DNA of 63,633 nucleotides, counting the filler, from Octopus bimaculoides (taxonomy: Eukaryota), in NCBI RefSeq assembly GCF_001194135.2. It is 5 parts of 5 records of this genome, joined end to end, with 100 filler letters (N's around TTAATTAATTAA, not from the genome) between each part and the next. Parts side by side here need not be neighbours in the genome. Positions count along the whole stretch, not along the records: positions 28,703 to 55,307 come from NC_068988.1; 4 more parts are not named here. One strand, given 5' to 3'. Positions within the stretch are counted from its first letter, which is position 1; every line of letters begins with the position of its first letter. A program made the translations under genes and the position numbers. Positions 37,915 through 50,466 of the stretch are shown piece by piece. The notes under the pieces were generated by a model. That model made no database searches and was not told the DNA's origin. It saw only the letters and a list, made by a program, of their open reading frames with translations.

Positions 37915-38660
37915 GAAATTCATTTTTCTTATGAATTCATAATTAAAAAGTTTGCAAAATTTGGGCATTTTAGCCAATCAGAAGCGAGTATTTTACACAT
38001 CACCGTGGTGAAGAAGTCTGCTTCTATAGTAACCAAAATAAAGAAGCACCACGTATCCCATAGCTAATTGCGAAGAACTCTGTTTCCATAGTAACCAAAG
38101 ATGCTGAGCATGCGCACAAGGATGTAACTCACACTCAACAAACTGAAAGTACCTGGGCATGGTCGACTCTTATTTTTGTGAATTGATGTAGAGAAGGAGA
38201 TACGAGAAAGATAATTTATTTTATAAAATCCGAGAAGGTATTGCAAACTTTCTTTCTTGAATCTTTTTAACTAATAAATGTCTGTTTTAAACAATGTTTC
38301 GACTGTTATTTCTAGCAAATCCTGTTGGCTTGTTCGTAGCTTAAAAATATTTACTTTGCCCGCGAATGTTTTAATATTAACTTTGCTTGTGTATATTTGA
38401 ATGTTTTGACTGCTATTTCTAGCAATTCCTGTTGGTTTGTTTGTTCGTAGCTTTTAAATATTTAATTTGCTCGCGTAGCTAGTTTAATGTTTTGACATGC
38501 ATAAGCCCCCTCCCCTGCGCTAATAATAGAAGAGGCAGAGAACGTACTGTTTTCTGATTGGCTAACATTTGGTATACCTTTAACTTTGAATACCTGTTTT
38601 GCAAAATTTTTCTAGAACAGATGAATTACAAATTCGGATTTAACGTCAAAAATTATATCT
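37915..38660. mobile_element. MITE-like element with subterminal inverted repeats and internal ~120-bp tandem repeat
   Basis: tttgcaaaa...ttagccaatcagaa (~37950-37984) vs ttctgattggctaa...tttgcaaaa (~38552-38606); atttctagcaa(a/t)tcctgttgg...ttgttcgtagctt...tttgc(c/t)cgcg twice (~38305, ~38415). Confidence 0.55.
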
Positions 38661-39047
38661 ATTTGATACATGAAAAAACTTTTTAAAGATATTTGTATAT
38701 ACTGACGAAAATGACAAAGATCCAAGCCTAATACTTATTCTATAGATCTCTTTTCCCGAATCGCTAAGTTAACACGCCAACCTACGTTGTCAAGCGATGG
38801 TGGAAGGACAAACATAGACACAAGCACACNNNNNNNNNNNNNNNNNNNNNNNNNNNNNNNNNNNNNNNNNNNNNNNNNNNNNNNNNNNNNNNNNNNNNNN
38901 NNNNNNNNNNNNNNNNNNNNNNNNNNNNNNNNNNNNNNNNNNNNNNNNNNNNNNNNNNNNNNNNNNNNNNNNNNNNNNNNNNNNNNNNNNNNNNNNNNNN
39001 NNNNNNNNNNNNNNNNNNNNNNNNNNNNNNNNNNNNNNNNNNNNNNN

Positions 39048-39259
39048 GAAAGTTCGTGCCGATATTTAAAGGAAAGAAAAAGGTAAATAAATACTTGCCA
39101 TTACATTTTTAATCAACCAAATATGAACCATTTTGTTGCTCAATGCGTCTCCATCTCTCCTTTAATTTAAAAATACCCTCTCCCCAGAATTGAGGTGGTT
39201 TCATGGCAAATAAGTCGAAAGGTAAGCTACTATAAATCGGCACGAACTTTCCGGACAAC

Positions 39260-39264
<5 letters not shown>
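39048..39264 (-). mobile_element. Internally deleted mariner derivative (~0.23 kb)
   Basis: TIRs gaaagttcgtgccgat / aaatcggcacgaactttccggacaacccaaTA; interior on minus strand encodes DLFAMKPPQFWGEGIFKLKERWRRIEQQNGSYLVD*, a mariner C-terminus. Confidence 0.8.
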
Positions 39265-39304
<40 letters not shown>

Positions 39305-39306
<2 letters not shown>

Positions 39307-39460
39307 GACGGGATTCTTTCAGTTTCCACCTACCAAATCCACTCATAAAGCTTTGGTCGGCCCGAAGCTAAAGTAGAAGACACTTGCCCAAGGTGCCACG
39401 CAGTGGGACTGAACCCGGGACCACGTGGTTGGGAAGCAAGCTTCTTACAGCTACTCCTAT
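39305..39460 (-). mobile_element. SINE family B head half (middle part at 38720-38829, split by gap and mariner derivative)
   Basis: cgacgggattctttcagtttcc...gacacttgcccaaggtgccacgcagtgggactgaaccc. Confidence 0.8.
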
Positions 39461-40706
39461 TATATGCATAGGTGTTAAATATGCAATGAAATATTATTAT
39501 TATTATTATTATTTTCATAATCAAAAAGAAAAGTTTCTTACTTGCCCTTAATTATACAGAGTGCCACAGAGAAACTCCCCATACTTAACGCATCTATTAA
39601 TGTAGCACTAATAAACTTAGGCAGATGGCAATGGTGTCATCATGTAGCCAATGATTTGTTGTTTGTGTTTTCGTTATCGTCATGGAGTGGGACGGTGTAC
39701 ACCATGCGATTTCTATTGAAATGTTTATGAAGAATGTTGAACCGAGTTTATTTGCCTCACTCTGTATTCTTTATAACGGTGCTTCTTGTAAATTACAGCT
39801 TCGTGCTAAGCATATGTTCAGTGCTCTTAACCGGTATTAATTGACTTGAGAAAATTAGATCTGTGACAATCAAGACGCATTACAATTCCATATTGGACAT
39901 TCTGACTGACAATTAGGGTTTCTGTCTCCTAATGACAAACGCATTGGTTTAAGGAACAGTTTCTGAACTGCTGCATGGCTTCTTAACAACTAGTTTAAAC
40001 AAGGGTGAGGCACAGAAAATTTTCAACAAATTCTATGCAGACTTAGAAACAACTTTCAGAGACATTATTGTCTCGGGCAACCAAAATCCCTAAAATGAAC
40101 GAAGAGTGAAAACCAACGATGAGAATAAGAGAGAAAAGGAAAAAGAGGAGGCCGACGGAGTTTATTCATAGCTTTAGCAACATCAGCAGATCCCTATTTT
40201 CAGAGCAACACAAGTCACAGTTGCAGATGTGATGAAGAAAGTCACTTTGCACCCGATCTCGGAAACCAGTCGCTAAGCATCCCGCGTCTTTACCATAACC
40301 AGCAGCGTTGCGAAGAGGGGTAGATGATAGCAGCTAGAAAAATTTCCCAAACAGTCGGAATAGACACGAAATACAAAAATAGGGGAAAAAAAGGCACCCC
40401 AAAAGAAGAGTGAACTCCAGTAACAGACAACCGGAATGGTTGAGGGGGAGCCGACTCCCCAGAGCGATCACGATAATTATGAATACGACATCAGAATCAT
40501 AGACCTTCTTTAAAATAAACCAGTGCTTCATAAACAGAATAAGAAATGTTGCACGTCGGATATGACATAAATGAGTTAATCAGGTCGAACGAAATGGAGT
40601 TGGAAAACAGAAGATCAAATGAAAGGCGTTTAGCAAAAATAATAGCGCATGCTGAAAGAGGGGCATCTAAAGAGTGTAGTGTTTGTTGTTTCATCCCACG
40701 CAACAG

Positions 40707-40760
40707 CATCTGTTGACGAGCACCTTTGGGTGCAACAGGCCCCTGCAGGAACAGTAGCAG
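40707..40760 (+). CDS. Candidate 54-nt symmetric exon, or 3' end of a longer non-coding first exon
   Basis: Acceptor tttcatcccacgcaacAG, strong donor CAG/GTGAGC at 40761; only one open frame, (A)SVDEHLWVQQAPAGTVA(G); product not recognised. Confidence 0.25.
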
Positions 40761-41674
40761 GTGAGCAGAGACGTGCAGTGTTCTAACCGACTTTACCACT
40801 GGGTTCTCAGTCGTTGCGTGGGTGCACAACCTGAAATGTTTTCTTGAAACACTTATTTCGCAAATGTTGTTTTCGTAGATATTCGTTTTTATATTGTTTT
40901 CATAATTTTTAAATAGTTTTTTTAAATGTTTATTCTTGTATAACGCCTCCCATCCCCGACCTACCCTCCTTTCGTTTTTATATAACTTGTTTGTTCGAAC
41001 CAACACGCTTTTATAAGTCTGGAATCTTAAAGTTTCATGCATTGTATGCATGATTGAATTTATGAAACTGCCCTCTGTGGATAAATAGCAAAAATTATTT
41101 ATTATTTGATTAAAACTTTCAGCTTATTTTGCTCAATATGATGGGAAGTGTCAGCTGTCCACAGCAGAATAAGGTGACACTTGTTTACTGGTCATGCTTC
41201 AAAAACCCTGCCAAGAACACTTGCAGTTCCAAGCAATGATGATTTTTGTAGGTGCTCAATCTTTATATTTATTCCTATCTTTTTTAATCATGTTGATAGT
41301 TGAGTGCTGAAACTTCCAAGCATGCCAATCGCTACTGATCTCACATCCACTCTCTTCGTTGCTCACAACCTTCATATTTCACGCTTCAATTCCTCATAGT
41401 TGTTCACTTGTTCTCTCTCTTCAATCCTGTTGTCATCAAGACATGCTATTTCGATTATCATGCATGTTATTTTTTTTTTCTGTTCCCCATAACAATAATC
41501 CGGTTTCCAATATCTAATCTGATGCTCACACTGAATCATTGTTTCCCACAGGATTTTACAATCTTCATTCTCAGTAACACCTTCTGGGATTTGGTCATAT
41601 CACGTCTTTCAATCTTTCTAATCCGTAATTTCCACAGACCTCCCAATGGGTCATTCTTCCGGCTTTACATTCTG

Positions 41675-42060
41675 AACTGAAATTCCGCCAAAGTCGACAC
41701 GGCCTTTAATGTCCTTCGGTGGTCGATAAAATAAGTATTGGTTGAGTATTGAGATCGATGTAATCGATTAGCCTTCAAGACTCCTACCCCCATCCCTACC
41801 ATCCCACCAAAATTTCGGGCCTTGTGCCAATTGTGGAAAGAAAAATTATTAAAGGGCTGTGAACTGACAGAATCGTTAAAACGTCAGGAATAGTCAGGAA
41901 TATTACGTTCTGAGTTCAATCCCCACTGAGGTCAACTTTGCTTTTCATCCCTTCACGGATCGATGAAAGGGACTAGCAGTTCACGTTCTGGGGTAGATAT
42001 ATTTGATTAATATCTTCCGCATAAAATTGCTGGCCTTGTGCCGAAATCAGAAATCATGAC
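41675..42060 (+). mobile_element. Two decayed SINE family A copies
   Basis: aaattccgccaaagtcgac...tttcgggccttgtgcc (41675-41850) and gaatcgttaaaacgtc...gttctgagttcaat...ggccttgtgccg (41855-42060). Confidence 0.75.
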
Positions 42061-42104
42061 AAAACACCTAAGTGTCTGAAGACAGATGATAAACTAAACA
42101 ATAA

Positions 42105-42443
42105 TTGGAGTAAAGGTTGTTTGCCAACATAACATGGCAGTCCTGGTTTAGGACGAATGTTGCTGTAATTTATCCCCAGGAGACATCGTCTCCAGCTGGC
42201 TATACGACACGATCTGTGTCCTTATATTTTCGAACAAAGGAATCTTGCATCCCCGCTCAGCTCAAAACAATATCTGTGTATCGCGATTTCCGGGTTATTT
42301 CCCTTCATCAGCACAGAATAATTGTTGGGCACTGATCGTGTCGTATAGCCAGCTGGAGACGATGTCTTCATGAGCTAAATTACAGCAACATTCGTCCTAA
42401 ACCAGGACTGCCATGTTATGTTGGCAAATAATCTTTACTCCAA
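42105..42443. mobile_element. Repeat H2: 339-bp foldback with 117-bp arms enclosing a hammerhead
   Basis: 42105-42221 and 42327-42443 are near-perfect reverse complements; no obvious TSD. Confidence 0.9.
42273..42317 (-). ncRNA. Minimal type I hammerhead ribozyme with intact core
   Basis: Minus strand: tctgtg-CTGATGA-a-ggg(aaataa)ccc-g-GAA-atcgcgat-a-cacaga: 6-bp stem I, 3-bp stem II, perfectly palindromic stem III AUCGCGAU, AUA cleavage triplet. Confidence 0.8.
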
Positions 42444-42519
42444 AGTGCTGTTGCTGAATATCTCTCGTTGTGAGATTTACAAATAGTAATTTTCTAAACA
42501 ATAATTGTTACATTAGTTT

Positions 42520-42715
42520 CAAATTTTGGTACAAGGCCAGCACATTTGGAGGGGAGGGGCTAAGTCGATTACATCAGCCCCAGCGTCCGACTTCTACTTA
42601 TTTCATCGACCTCGAAAGGATGAAAAGGCAAAGGATGAACTCCGACGTAAAAACGGATGAAATATTGCTGAGCATTTTGTCCGGCGCCCTAGCGATTCCA
42701 CCAGTTCGTCGCCTT
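42520..42715 (-). mobile_element. SINE family A, decayed
   Basis: ttggtacaaggccagcac...gtcgattacatc...gatgaaaaggcaaag...gccagttcgtcgcctt-like head. Confidence 0.75.
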
Positions 42716-43269
42716 AAGAGTGTTTTTTTATGTTCATCTCAATAATTAGCCTGGTCCTTATTTTAGCGAAATCTATTAACCATTGGTAAAAAGACGCAAT
42801 TTGATGTATTTTAACTTATTTTGGTCGACGCACTGATTTACACATTCAGCAATAAGAAGTAAAAAAAAAAAAAGCAAACTTTACGCTTAATGTCAAGTTT
42901 CGAAATACCGAGGAAAGAACGCCTGATTGCCATGAGACATCACGTGACAATCATTNNNNNNNNNNGTAGTTGTTGTTGTTGTTGTTGTTTTTACATCAGC
43001 TTGACTTTAACAAAATTATATTTTACTTACTTAGAGGTGAATAATCGTTGCAATATGATAATTGTTTTTTTTTTTTATTTCGTTTATTGTATTTTTTGGC
43101 AACTGAAAATGTGTAGAGCCGGCAGGTTTCCGGCGGAAATAGCATTATCTCTTTTGTTAGACTTACACCATATTCAAAAACTAAATAGAGAATGGATTGA
43201 GAGAAAACCTCAGAGAAACGGAAAAAATATTTAGGAAGTGTGTACTTTAGTATTAAAGTCTATTTTTCT

Positions 43270-43665
43270 CAATGGCTGTGTGGTAAGATGTTTGCATCCC
43301 AAACACAAGGTCTCTGGTTCTTGGACAAGTGTCTTCAACTATAGCCTCGGGCCGACCAAAGCCTTGTGTGTGGATTTGGTAGACGGAAACTGAAAGAAGC
43401 CCGTCGTTTATATATATATCTGTGTGTAGGTGTGTGACTTTGTGATTGTGTCTGTTCCCCCACTAGTGATTTGTGGAGGTGGGGGCAAACGGTAGTGGGA
43501 GAGAAGTTATGGGTTATGTCCCCATAACCTAACGTTTCGACAAAAGTAACAGGCATTAAAAAAATAGGTTTTGGAGTCGATTCAGGGCGCCCCAACATGG
43601 GACGCAGTCTCATGGCGCCCCAGCATGGCCGCAGTCTCAGCGCTGAAACTAATAAAAGACAATAA
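43270..43665 (+). mobile_element. SINE family B variant
   Basis: ggctgtgtggtaag...caagtgtcttcaactatagcctcgggccgaccaaagcc...gcgccccagcatggccgcagtctcagcgctgaaactaataaaaga. Confidence 0.8.
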
Positions 43666-44726
43666 GTAAAATACTTTCCGAAAAACTTGTTCTGCATGTT
43701 TAGGTTTCATTGATTAAGTGGATTCTGGTTGCTTCAATGATAGGAATTCTTTGCAAACAATAATACCTAATGGATGACTTACTCATTCAATCCCTTAATC
43801 AATCAACCAACCAATCAATCAATCAATCGATCGATCAATCTATCAAATTACACACATATATGCATGTACAGACGACACATACACACTAAAACATGCGTAG
43901 ATATACATTCACCTACACACGTTTCTGTCCTGCTCTACGGATGTGTGTCACACTCCCAAAATACTGTTGCTGAAGCACCTTCATCTGCTCCCTCTCTTAT
44001 TCGTTCTAGATTTTGTACAAACCCCAAATCACTTCATATTAATGCATCGTACTTTCTCTCTTTTTTATCATCCCCCTCCTTACATACGCACACATACACA
44101 CAAATACATACATACATACATACATACATACATACATACATACATCTACAAACACACACTGTTCCTTCTTCATCTATTTTGAGAAAAGGGTGGTGTTTCC
44201 TGTGAAAGTAAGCAAACAGCAGCTGCTGCCACAAACTGTTATCGCAACTCCCTTTTCAAGATGGTTGTAACTTGATTATTAAAACTTACCCTTAGACTGC
44301 ACTTCATTATTTAACGACACTTAATTTCTCTCTTCCGATTTCTCCCACGCATCTGCTCTCTATTTTTATACAACACAACTATTCCAATATATTGTCTCAG
44401 ACGTTTTCTCTTATCATTTCGATGCTAATGACGTTGTTGTTGTTGCTCTTGTTTAGTTCTATGTTGATCGAAGGCTTTGCCGTTGGCAGGAGGGATTTAT
44501 CTTATGTGTCCTTCGCTTTGAAGACGGTAGACAATGGCTGGCGTAAGAATTCGGTTAGTATTTCTGACTTACCGAACTGTTATGCAAAGACTACTCCTTA
44601 GGCATTCCAGCTGCAACTAAGGTTTTCGAGGAATAAAATTTATCTTAATATCTCATTTGCTTTTAAGACGGTAGCCTGTAATTGAGGTAATAATTTGGCT
44701 GCTCTTTCTAGCATACTGAACATCTG

Positions 44727-44985
44727 TGAGGGGACGTAGCTTAATGGTTAGCGTGTTGCGCTCGTGATTGCAAGATTGTAGTTTCGATTCCCGGACCCGG
44801 TGGTGCGTTGTGTTCTTGAGCAAAATTCCTTATTTCGTGTTGCTCCAGTCCACTCAGCAGCAAATGGGTCACCCTGCGACAGACTGGTGTCCCATTCAGG
44901 AGCAATGTTGTGATCCCAGTCACTTGTATGCCATGGAAACCAAGTAACTGGTCCTAAGAGTTTTGGGATTCGAGACATTAATGTC
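44727..44985 (+). mobile_element. SINE family C-related copy with V-domain-like segment
   Basis: tRNA-like head, ttgtgttcttgagcaaaa, ttgctccagtccactcagc, then accctgcgacagactggtgtccc resembling the V-SINE domain. Confidence 0.6.
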
Positions 44986-44994
44986 CAGGGTATT

Positions 44995-45046
44995 AATGAT
45001 GGTGATGATGACAATGATGGTGATGATGACGATGAGGATGATGATG

Positions 45047-45140
<94 letters not shown>

Positions 45141-45158
45141 CGACGACGATGATGATGA
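44995..45158. repeat. (GAT)n microsatellite
   Basis: Direct reading. Confidence 0.95.
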
Positions 45159-45330
45159 CCTACTGTGTTGTGGTTGTGCCTTAGACTCTTTCACATCAAT
45201 GCAAAGAGAAGACTCGCGTGGATTAATTTAATGAAAACACTCAACTTTCGTCTCTGTGATAAAGTCAATACGTTGCAATTTTTATCGCAAACATTTTCCT
45301 TAATCTCTATTATTGCACAAAGGAGGAAAA

Positions 45331-45546
45331 GGCGGCGGTGAGCTGGCAGAATGGTTAGCACGCCGGGCGGAATGCTTCGTGGTATGTAGTCAGCCGCTAC
45401 GTTCTGAGATCAAATTCCGCCGAGGTCGACTTTGCCTTTCATCCTTTCGGGAGCCGTAAATTAAGTACCAGTTGCGTACTGGGGTCGATCTAATCGAATG
45501 GCCCCTTCCCCAAATATTTCGGGCCTTGTGTCTAGAGTAGAAAACA
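45331..45546 (+). mobile_element. SINE family A full-length copy
   Basis: ggcggcggtgagctggcagaatggttagcacgccgggcg...gggccttgtgtctagagtagaaaa. Confidence 0.92.
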
Positions 45547-46593
45547 CTATTGCACAACGGAGAATAAGAAACGGCAGAGCGACGAAATAAAAGCTTTCAC
45601 TATTCACTATCATCATTCGATATCATTCGATATCCTGGTCTCGAATCTTATCTGCGTCTGCGTTGCCTTTCGTCTTCACCATTGGATAAACTCGACACCA
45701 AAAATTCATTAGCTTCAGTTAATTGCTCATACTTTCGAACACACCTCGGAATATTTGTAGCTCTGTGTAAACCGGATAAATTAAATTAATACTGTATAAT
45801 AATTATCTTCCTTGGTATTTTGGTAATTTTGTGCTTGTTTGTTTGTTTGTTTTTACGCAGTTGAATTAGCGTCATGGTTGAACCGTAGTCATTGCTGTCG
45901 CCTTATTAATAACATTTCTGTCTCTGTAGCATTTATTTCTGGTCTTTAACTCAGCTCAAGGAATATTTTAGAAAATAAACTCTAGTATATGTGGGGGTGC
46001 AATGGCCCAGTGGTTAGAGCAGCGGACTCGTGGTCATAGNNNNNNNNNNNNNNNNNNNNNNNNNNNNNNNNNNNNNNNNNNNNNNNNNNNNNNNNNNNNN
46101 NNNNNNNNNNNNNNNNNNNNNNNNNNNNNNNNNNNNNNNAATTGAATAGTGTTCAGTCAACGGCGCGCGCGTGCGTGTGTATTGTTTCAGGCTTCCTCAT
46201 ATTTTCTGTCCACCAAATTTCACTCACAAATGTTTGATTGAACCGAAATCCCCTGTTCAAAGAGCCGCGCATTGAGATTAAGCCTATAACCATCTGGTTG
46301 GGAATCGAATTGGTTACGCAAACGGCCAAACATTGTGATTACTATTTATGCTTACTCAGAAATATATAAATATATCTTCAAATATTATTTAAGGTTCTCG
46401 CTCCCTCAGAAAACCACTTGCAAAACTGCATTGAAAATCTTTATATGGAAGTATTATGTCTTGGAACTTTAACAGACAGTAACCATTTCTTCCTTATGTC
46501 AACATTCTACGCTGTATTATAAACAGACATACTCACATAAACACATGCACACCGCACAAATAAACGCACAACAAATTCATGAACACACACAAG

Positions 46594-46625
<32 letters not shown>

Positions 46626-47271
46626 CATATCTATCTATATTTATTTATGTATATATACAGAAATCAAAACAAAGTATATCTGGCGTGCACATAAATATAT
46701 ACATATAGACATGTGTGTCTTGATATATGCTTACTCAAACCGCTTCGTATGTCTCAGGTCACAGATGCAGGTTTACCTGTCTTTCCACATCACGATAAAA
46801 CCACATGTAGAAGAAATCTCTTAAATAAATACTTTTTGACTAATTCTGCAGATGTTAATCTTTTCATGTTAACCGACGTTTTGACTAGATCTCTGCTGTT
46901 CTTCATTAATTTTGTCCCATTCTTAATATTTAAACATTAATCTTTATACGTTATTCAATTTCAAATTTCTAATCTTTAAATATAAATGTTAATGTATTTT
47001 TTGAATAAAGTTTTATGCAATTCAATCTGAAATTTAGTCAAGAACTCTAAAATCGTGAGTAGAACGCCGCCATAAACTCTACACACAACAAATTTGTTAC
47101 CATAACTTGGCCTGAAAGAAATAACGGCCAAATTCTCTGTTTAGAAAATGAAGGGCAAATGAGTATAGTTTTAGAGGCAGCGTGCCTAGAAAACTGGGAA
47201 CGTTGCTTTTCCTCATAAAATAGGGCTCAGGCAAATGTGTGTGGTTAAGGAGTTGGTCGTGTGTGTGTGTA

Positions 47272-47302
<31 letters not shown>

Positions 47303-48356
47303 GTGTGTGTGTGTATGTATATGTACGTATATGTATGTATATAAATATATGTATGTATATAAATATATATATATATATATATATNNNNNNNNNNNNNNNN
47401 NNNNNNNNNNNNNNNNNNNNNNNNNNNNNNNNNNNNNNNNNNNNNNNNNNNNNNNNNNNNNNNNNNNNNNNNNNNNNNNNNNNNNNNNNNNNNNNNNNNN
47501 NNNNNNNNNNNNNNNNNNNNNNNNNNNNNNNNNNNNNNNNNNNNNNNNNNNNNNNNNNNNNNNNNNNNNNNNNNNNNNNNNNNNNNNNNNNNNNNNNNNN
47601 NNNNNNNNNNNNNNNNNNNNNNNNNNNNNNNNNNNNNNNNNNNNNNNNNNNNNNNNNNNNNNNNNNNNNNNNNNNNNNNNNNNNNNNNNNNNNNNNNNNN
47701 NNNNNNNNNNNNNNNNNNNNNNNNNNNNNNNNNNNNNNNNNNNNNNNNNNNNNNNNNNNNNNNNNNNNNNNNNNNNNNNNNNNNNNNNNNNNNNNNNNNN
47801 NNNNNNNNNNNNNNNNNNNCTCGAAGTCGATTTGACTGATTAAGCCGTTCACGGTGGGCCCAAGCATGGCCGCGGTTCAATGACAGAAATAAGAATAAAA
47901 GAATAAAAGAATAAAAGAATAAGGATAGAAACGATAACAACCGTAGCAACATATGGAGAGAGAAACAGATAGAGTGAAAGACAGAGAGAGAGAGAGAGAG
48001 AGACAGTGAGAGAGAGAGAGAGACAGTGAGAGAGAGAGAGAGACAGAGAGAGAGAGTAAAAGAGAAAAGTTTTTCGACAAACATTTGGTGTGTATTGTGA
48101 TTACAGCTGTGATGCTTAGCTTGCAGTTTCCAGGAATCAGAAGACATTTTGTTGTTAAAGAAATAAGGGCAAAAGAAGAAGTTATATTCTATAACGGATG
48201 CCATGGATGACGATCCAGTCGAATGGCGGGAACCTCTACGTGTCAATAGTTTATGACTAAGTCTAACACATTCACCGTTCGACAAACAAACATGTCTCAC
48301 TTAGATATACATTAGTGTTTCTCGTTGTTTTAACCCGAACTAAAAAAGATCTATAA

Positions 48357-49085
48357 CATTGATCTGCATTTGGGAATTTTTTTTTTAATCATGGATGTGA
48401 TGTTACATATTTTTGGGGTCCTGGTTTTAAATATCTGAACCATTTTGCTCTGTCACATAAGGATGCTGAATAAAATACAAATTAATAATAATAAAAAATG
48501 TGAATTTTTAATAAATCGTTGCTTTATTAAAATGAAGCATGTAATCAAAGAAAAGCACATTCTGTTAGTTTTAAGAACATATGTTTTCCAAATCAACATG
48601 AAATGAGTCAGAATTATCAACATCAAAGCAACTGAATGTAAAAAAATATGCTCCTAATGGTTGGCCTACGTATTGATTCAACGGAAGGAAGACCGCTTTG
48701 GTTTCCGCTTGTGTTGTGCATCGGGAACATCACGTTTCGATGACAAGCAGTAATCCGCCATCATGCTGACATTCCATTTGCCTTGCTATCGAGTTTCCAT
48801 GGTGCAAATGTCTTGATGAACCGCTCTCCTTGTTCTTCACTGTTGTTCCCACAATTCTTGGGGAAAAGTCAAGATGCGAGTGCAAAAAATGCATCTTCAC
48901 ACTCATTGTAGACCCAAGTTGTTGGAAACTTGATATCAGGTCTTGGATCATTTTTTTCATATTCTGGGGAGCGGCTGCTTCCCAAGAGGTTTTGAACAAT
49001 CTTCTTGAAGGAAAACCAGGCACTTCGACAACTGCTAATGCTTCCTCAAAATGCTTGTCCCTCATCAATTCCAGAATCTAAGGGC
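48357..49085 (-). mobile_element. Chapaev3-like (CMC) DNA transposon 3' fragment
   Basis: Frameshift-corrected MSVKMHFLHSHLDF(F)PENCGNNSEEQGERFHQD...TRYQGKWNVSMMADYCWSLKRD (~48730-48900); terminus TAA-CATTGATC at 48354-48364 resembles CACTG ends. Family name from motif recall. Confidence 0.65.
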
Positions 49086-49843
49086 CAATAAAGATTCCTA
49101 CTTTTAGCTTCACTCATTCGAAGAAACTTTGGCTCCAGGTACTTGAAATAAATATGCTCATCACTGTCCTCGCCGTCGTTGTTATCTTACGTCCGTTTAC
49201 CAAACTGGTATGGGTTAGACAAAACTTACCAAAGTAGTATTCTACGACCAGATGCCTTCCTGACATCTGTCGGCAACCCGTGCAGGTTTTTTAAGTTAGA
49301 TGTTATGTAACTGGTTTTTATGAGTTGAAAACCGCTGAGCTCAGGGGAGTATTGCTTACAGAAGTAAACATGACGCCACATGATTACTCAAACGGTGTCA
49401 TTCGAAAAATACAGAAAAAACAAATATTTACTCATGTGTGTGTGAATGTGTGTGTGTGACTGTGTGTGTGTGTGAGACTCTGTGTGTGTGACTGTGTGTG
49501 TGTGACTCTGTGTGTGTGACTGTGTGTGTGTCTATATTTACATTTTATAGATACTCATAAAGATATATGCTATATAAACATTAAATAAACATATATTTAT
49601 ATGTATATACCGTATAAACATCAAGTGCATATATATNNNNNNNNNNNNNNNNNNNNNNNNNNNNNNNNNNNNNNNNNNNNNNNNNNNNNNNNNNNNNNNN
49701 NNNNNNNNNNNNNNNNNNNNNNNNNNNNNNNNNNNNNNNNNNNNNNNNNNNNNNNNNNNNNNNNNNNNNNNNNNNNNNNNNNNNNNNNNNNNNNNNNNNN
49801 NNNNNNNNNNNNNNNNNNTATATATATATATATAGATAGATAC

Positions 49844-49939
<96 letters not shown>

Positions 49940-50466
49940 GTATATATATATTTATATATACATACACGCATTCATACATACTCACATGCATACATATACA
50001 TGTAATATAAACAGTAAGTATACAATATACATACATGCATATATATCCTATATAAATATTAAGCTTATAATTATATAAAACGAACTTTTAAAATTAGTAC
50101 AAATATGTTTAGGATATATTTGACCTATAAAAAGGCCGTTTACCCTCTTGTTTGCCATATAGAAATATTTTTGCTTTAGGCAAAAGTTGTACCACAAATA
50201 TGTCTCAAACATTTTGGTCTGTTCTAAAAGTTTGCTTCTTTTGCTCTCCTGCTTCGCATGCCAACCATGTTTTTTGTTCCCGCCTGGCAGCCCCAGCACG
50301 TCGTCAGTGGTTAATTTCTACTGATTTCTTATAAGGAAGCCAAACTTTCCAGTCATTTCAGAGTTGTCTCGTGTGGTAACTAACACTGATAAGAGTATAA
50401 AGAACTCGAAATACGTATATTATTTCATAAGGCACGCTCTCAAATAATGTGTTATGTTTTACTGAT

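Noticed and set aside
44392-44601. Small ORF resembling a secreted peptide precursor (hydrophobic leader, GRR)
   Set aside because: Leader comes from a (TTG)n tract and the rest overlaps a dispersed repeat also present in reverse near 56680-56730
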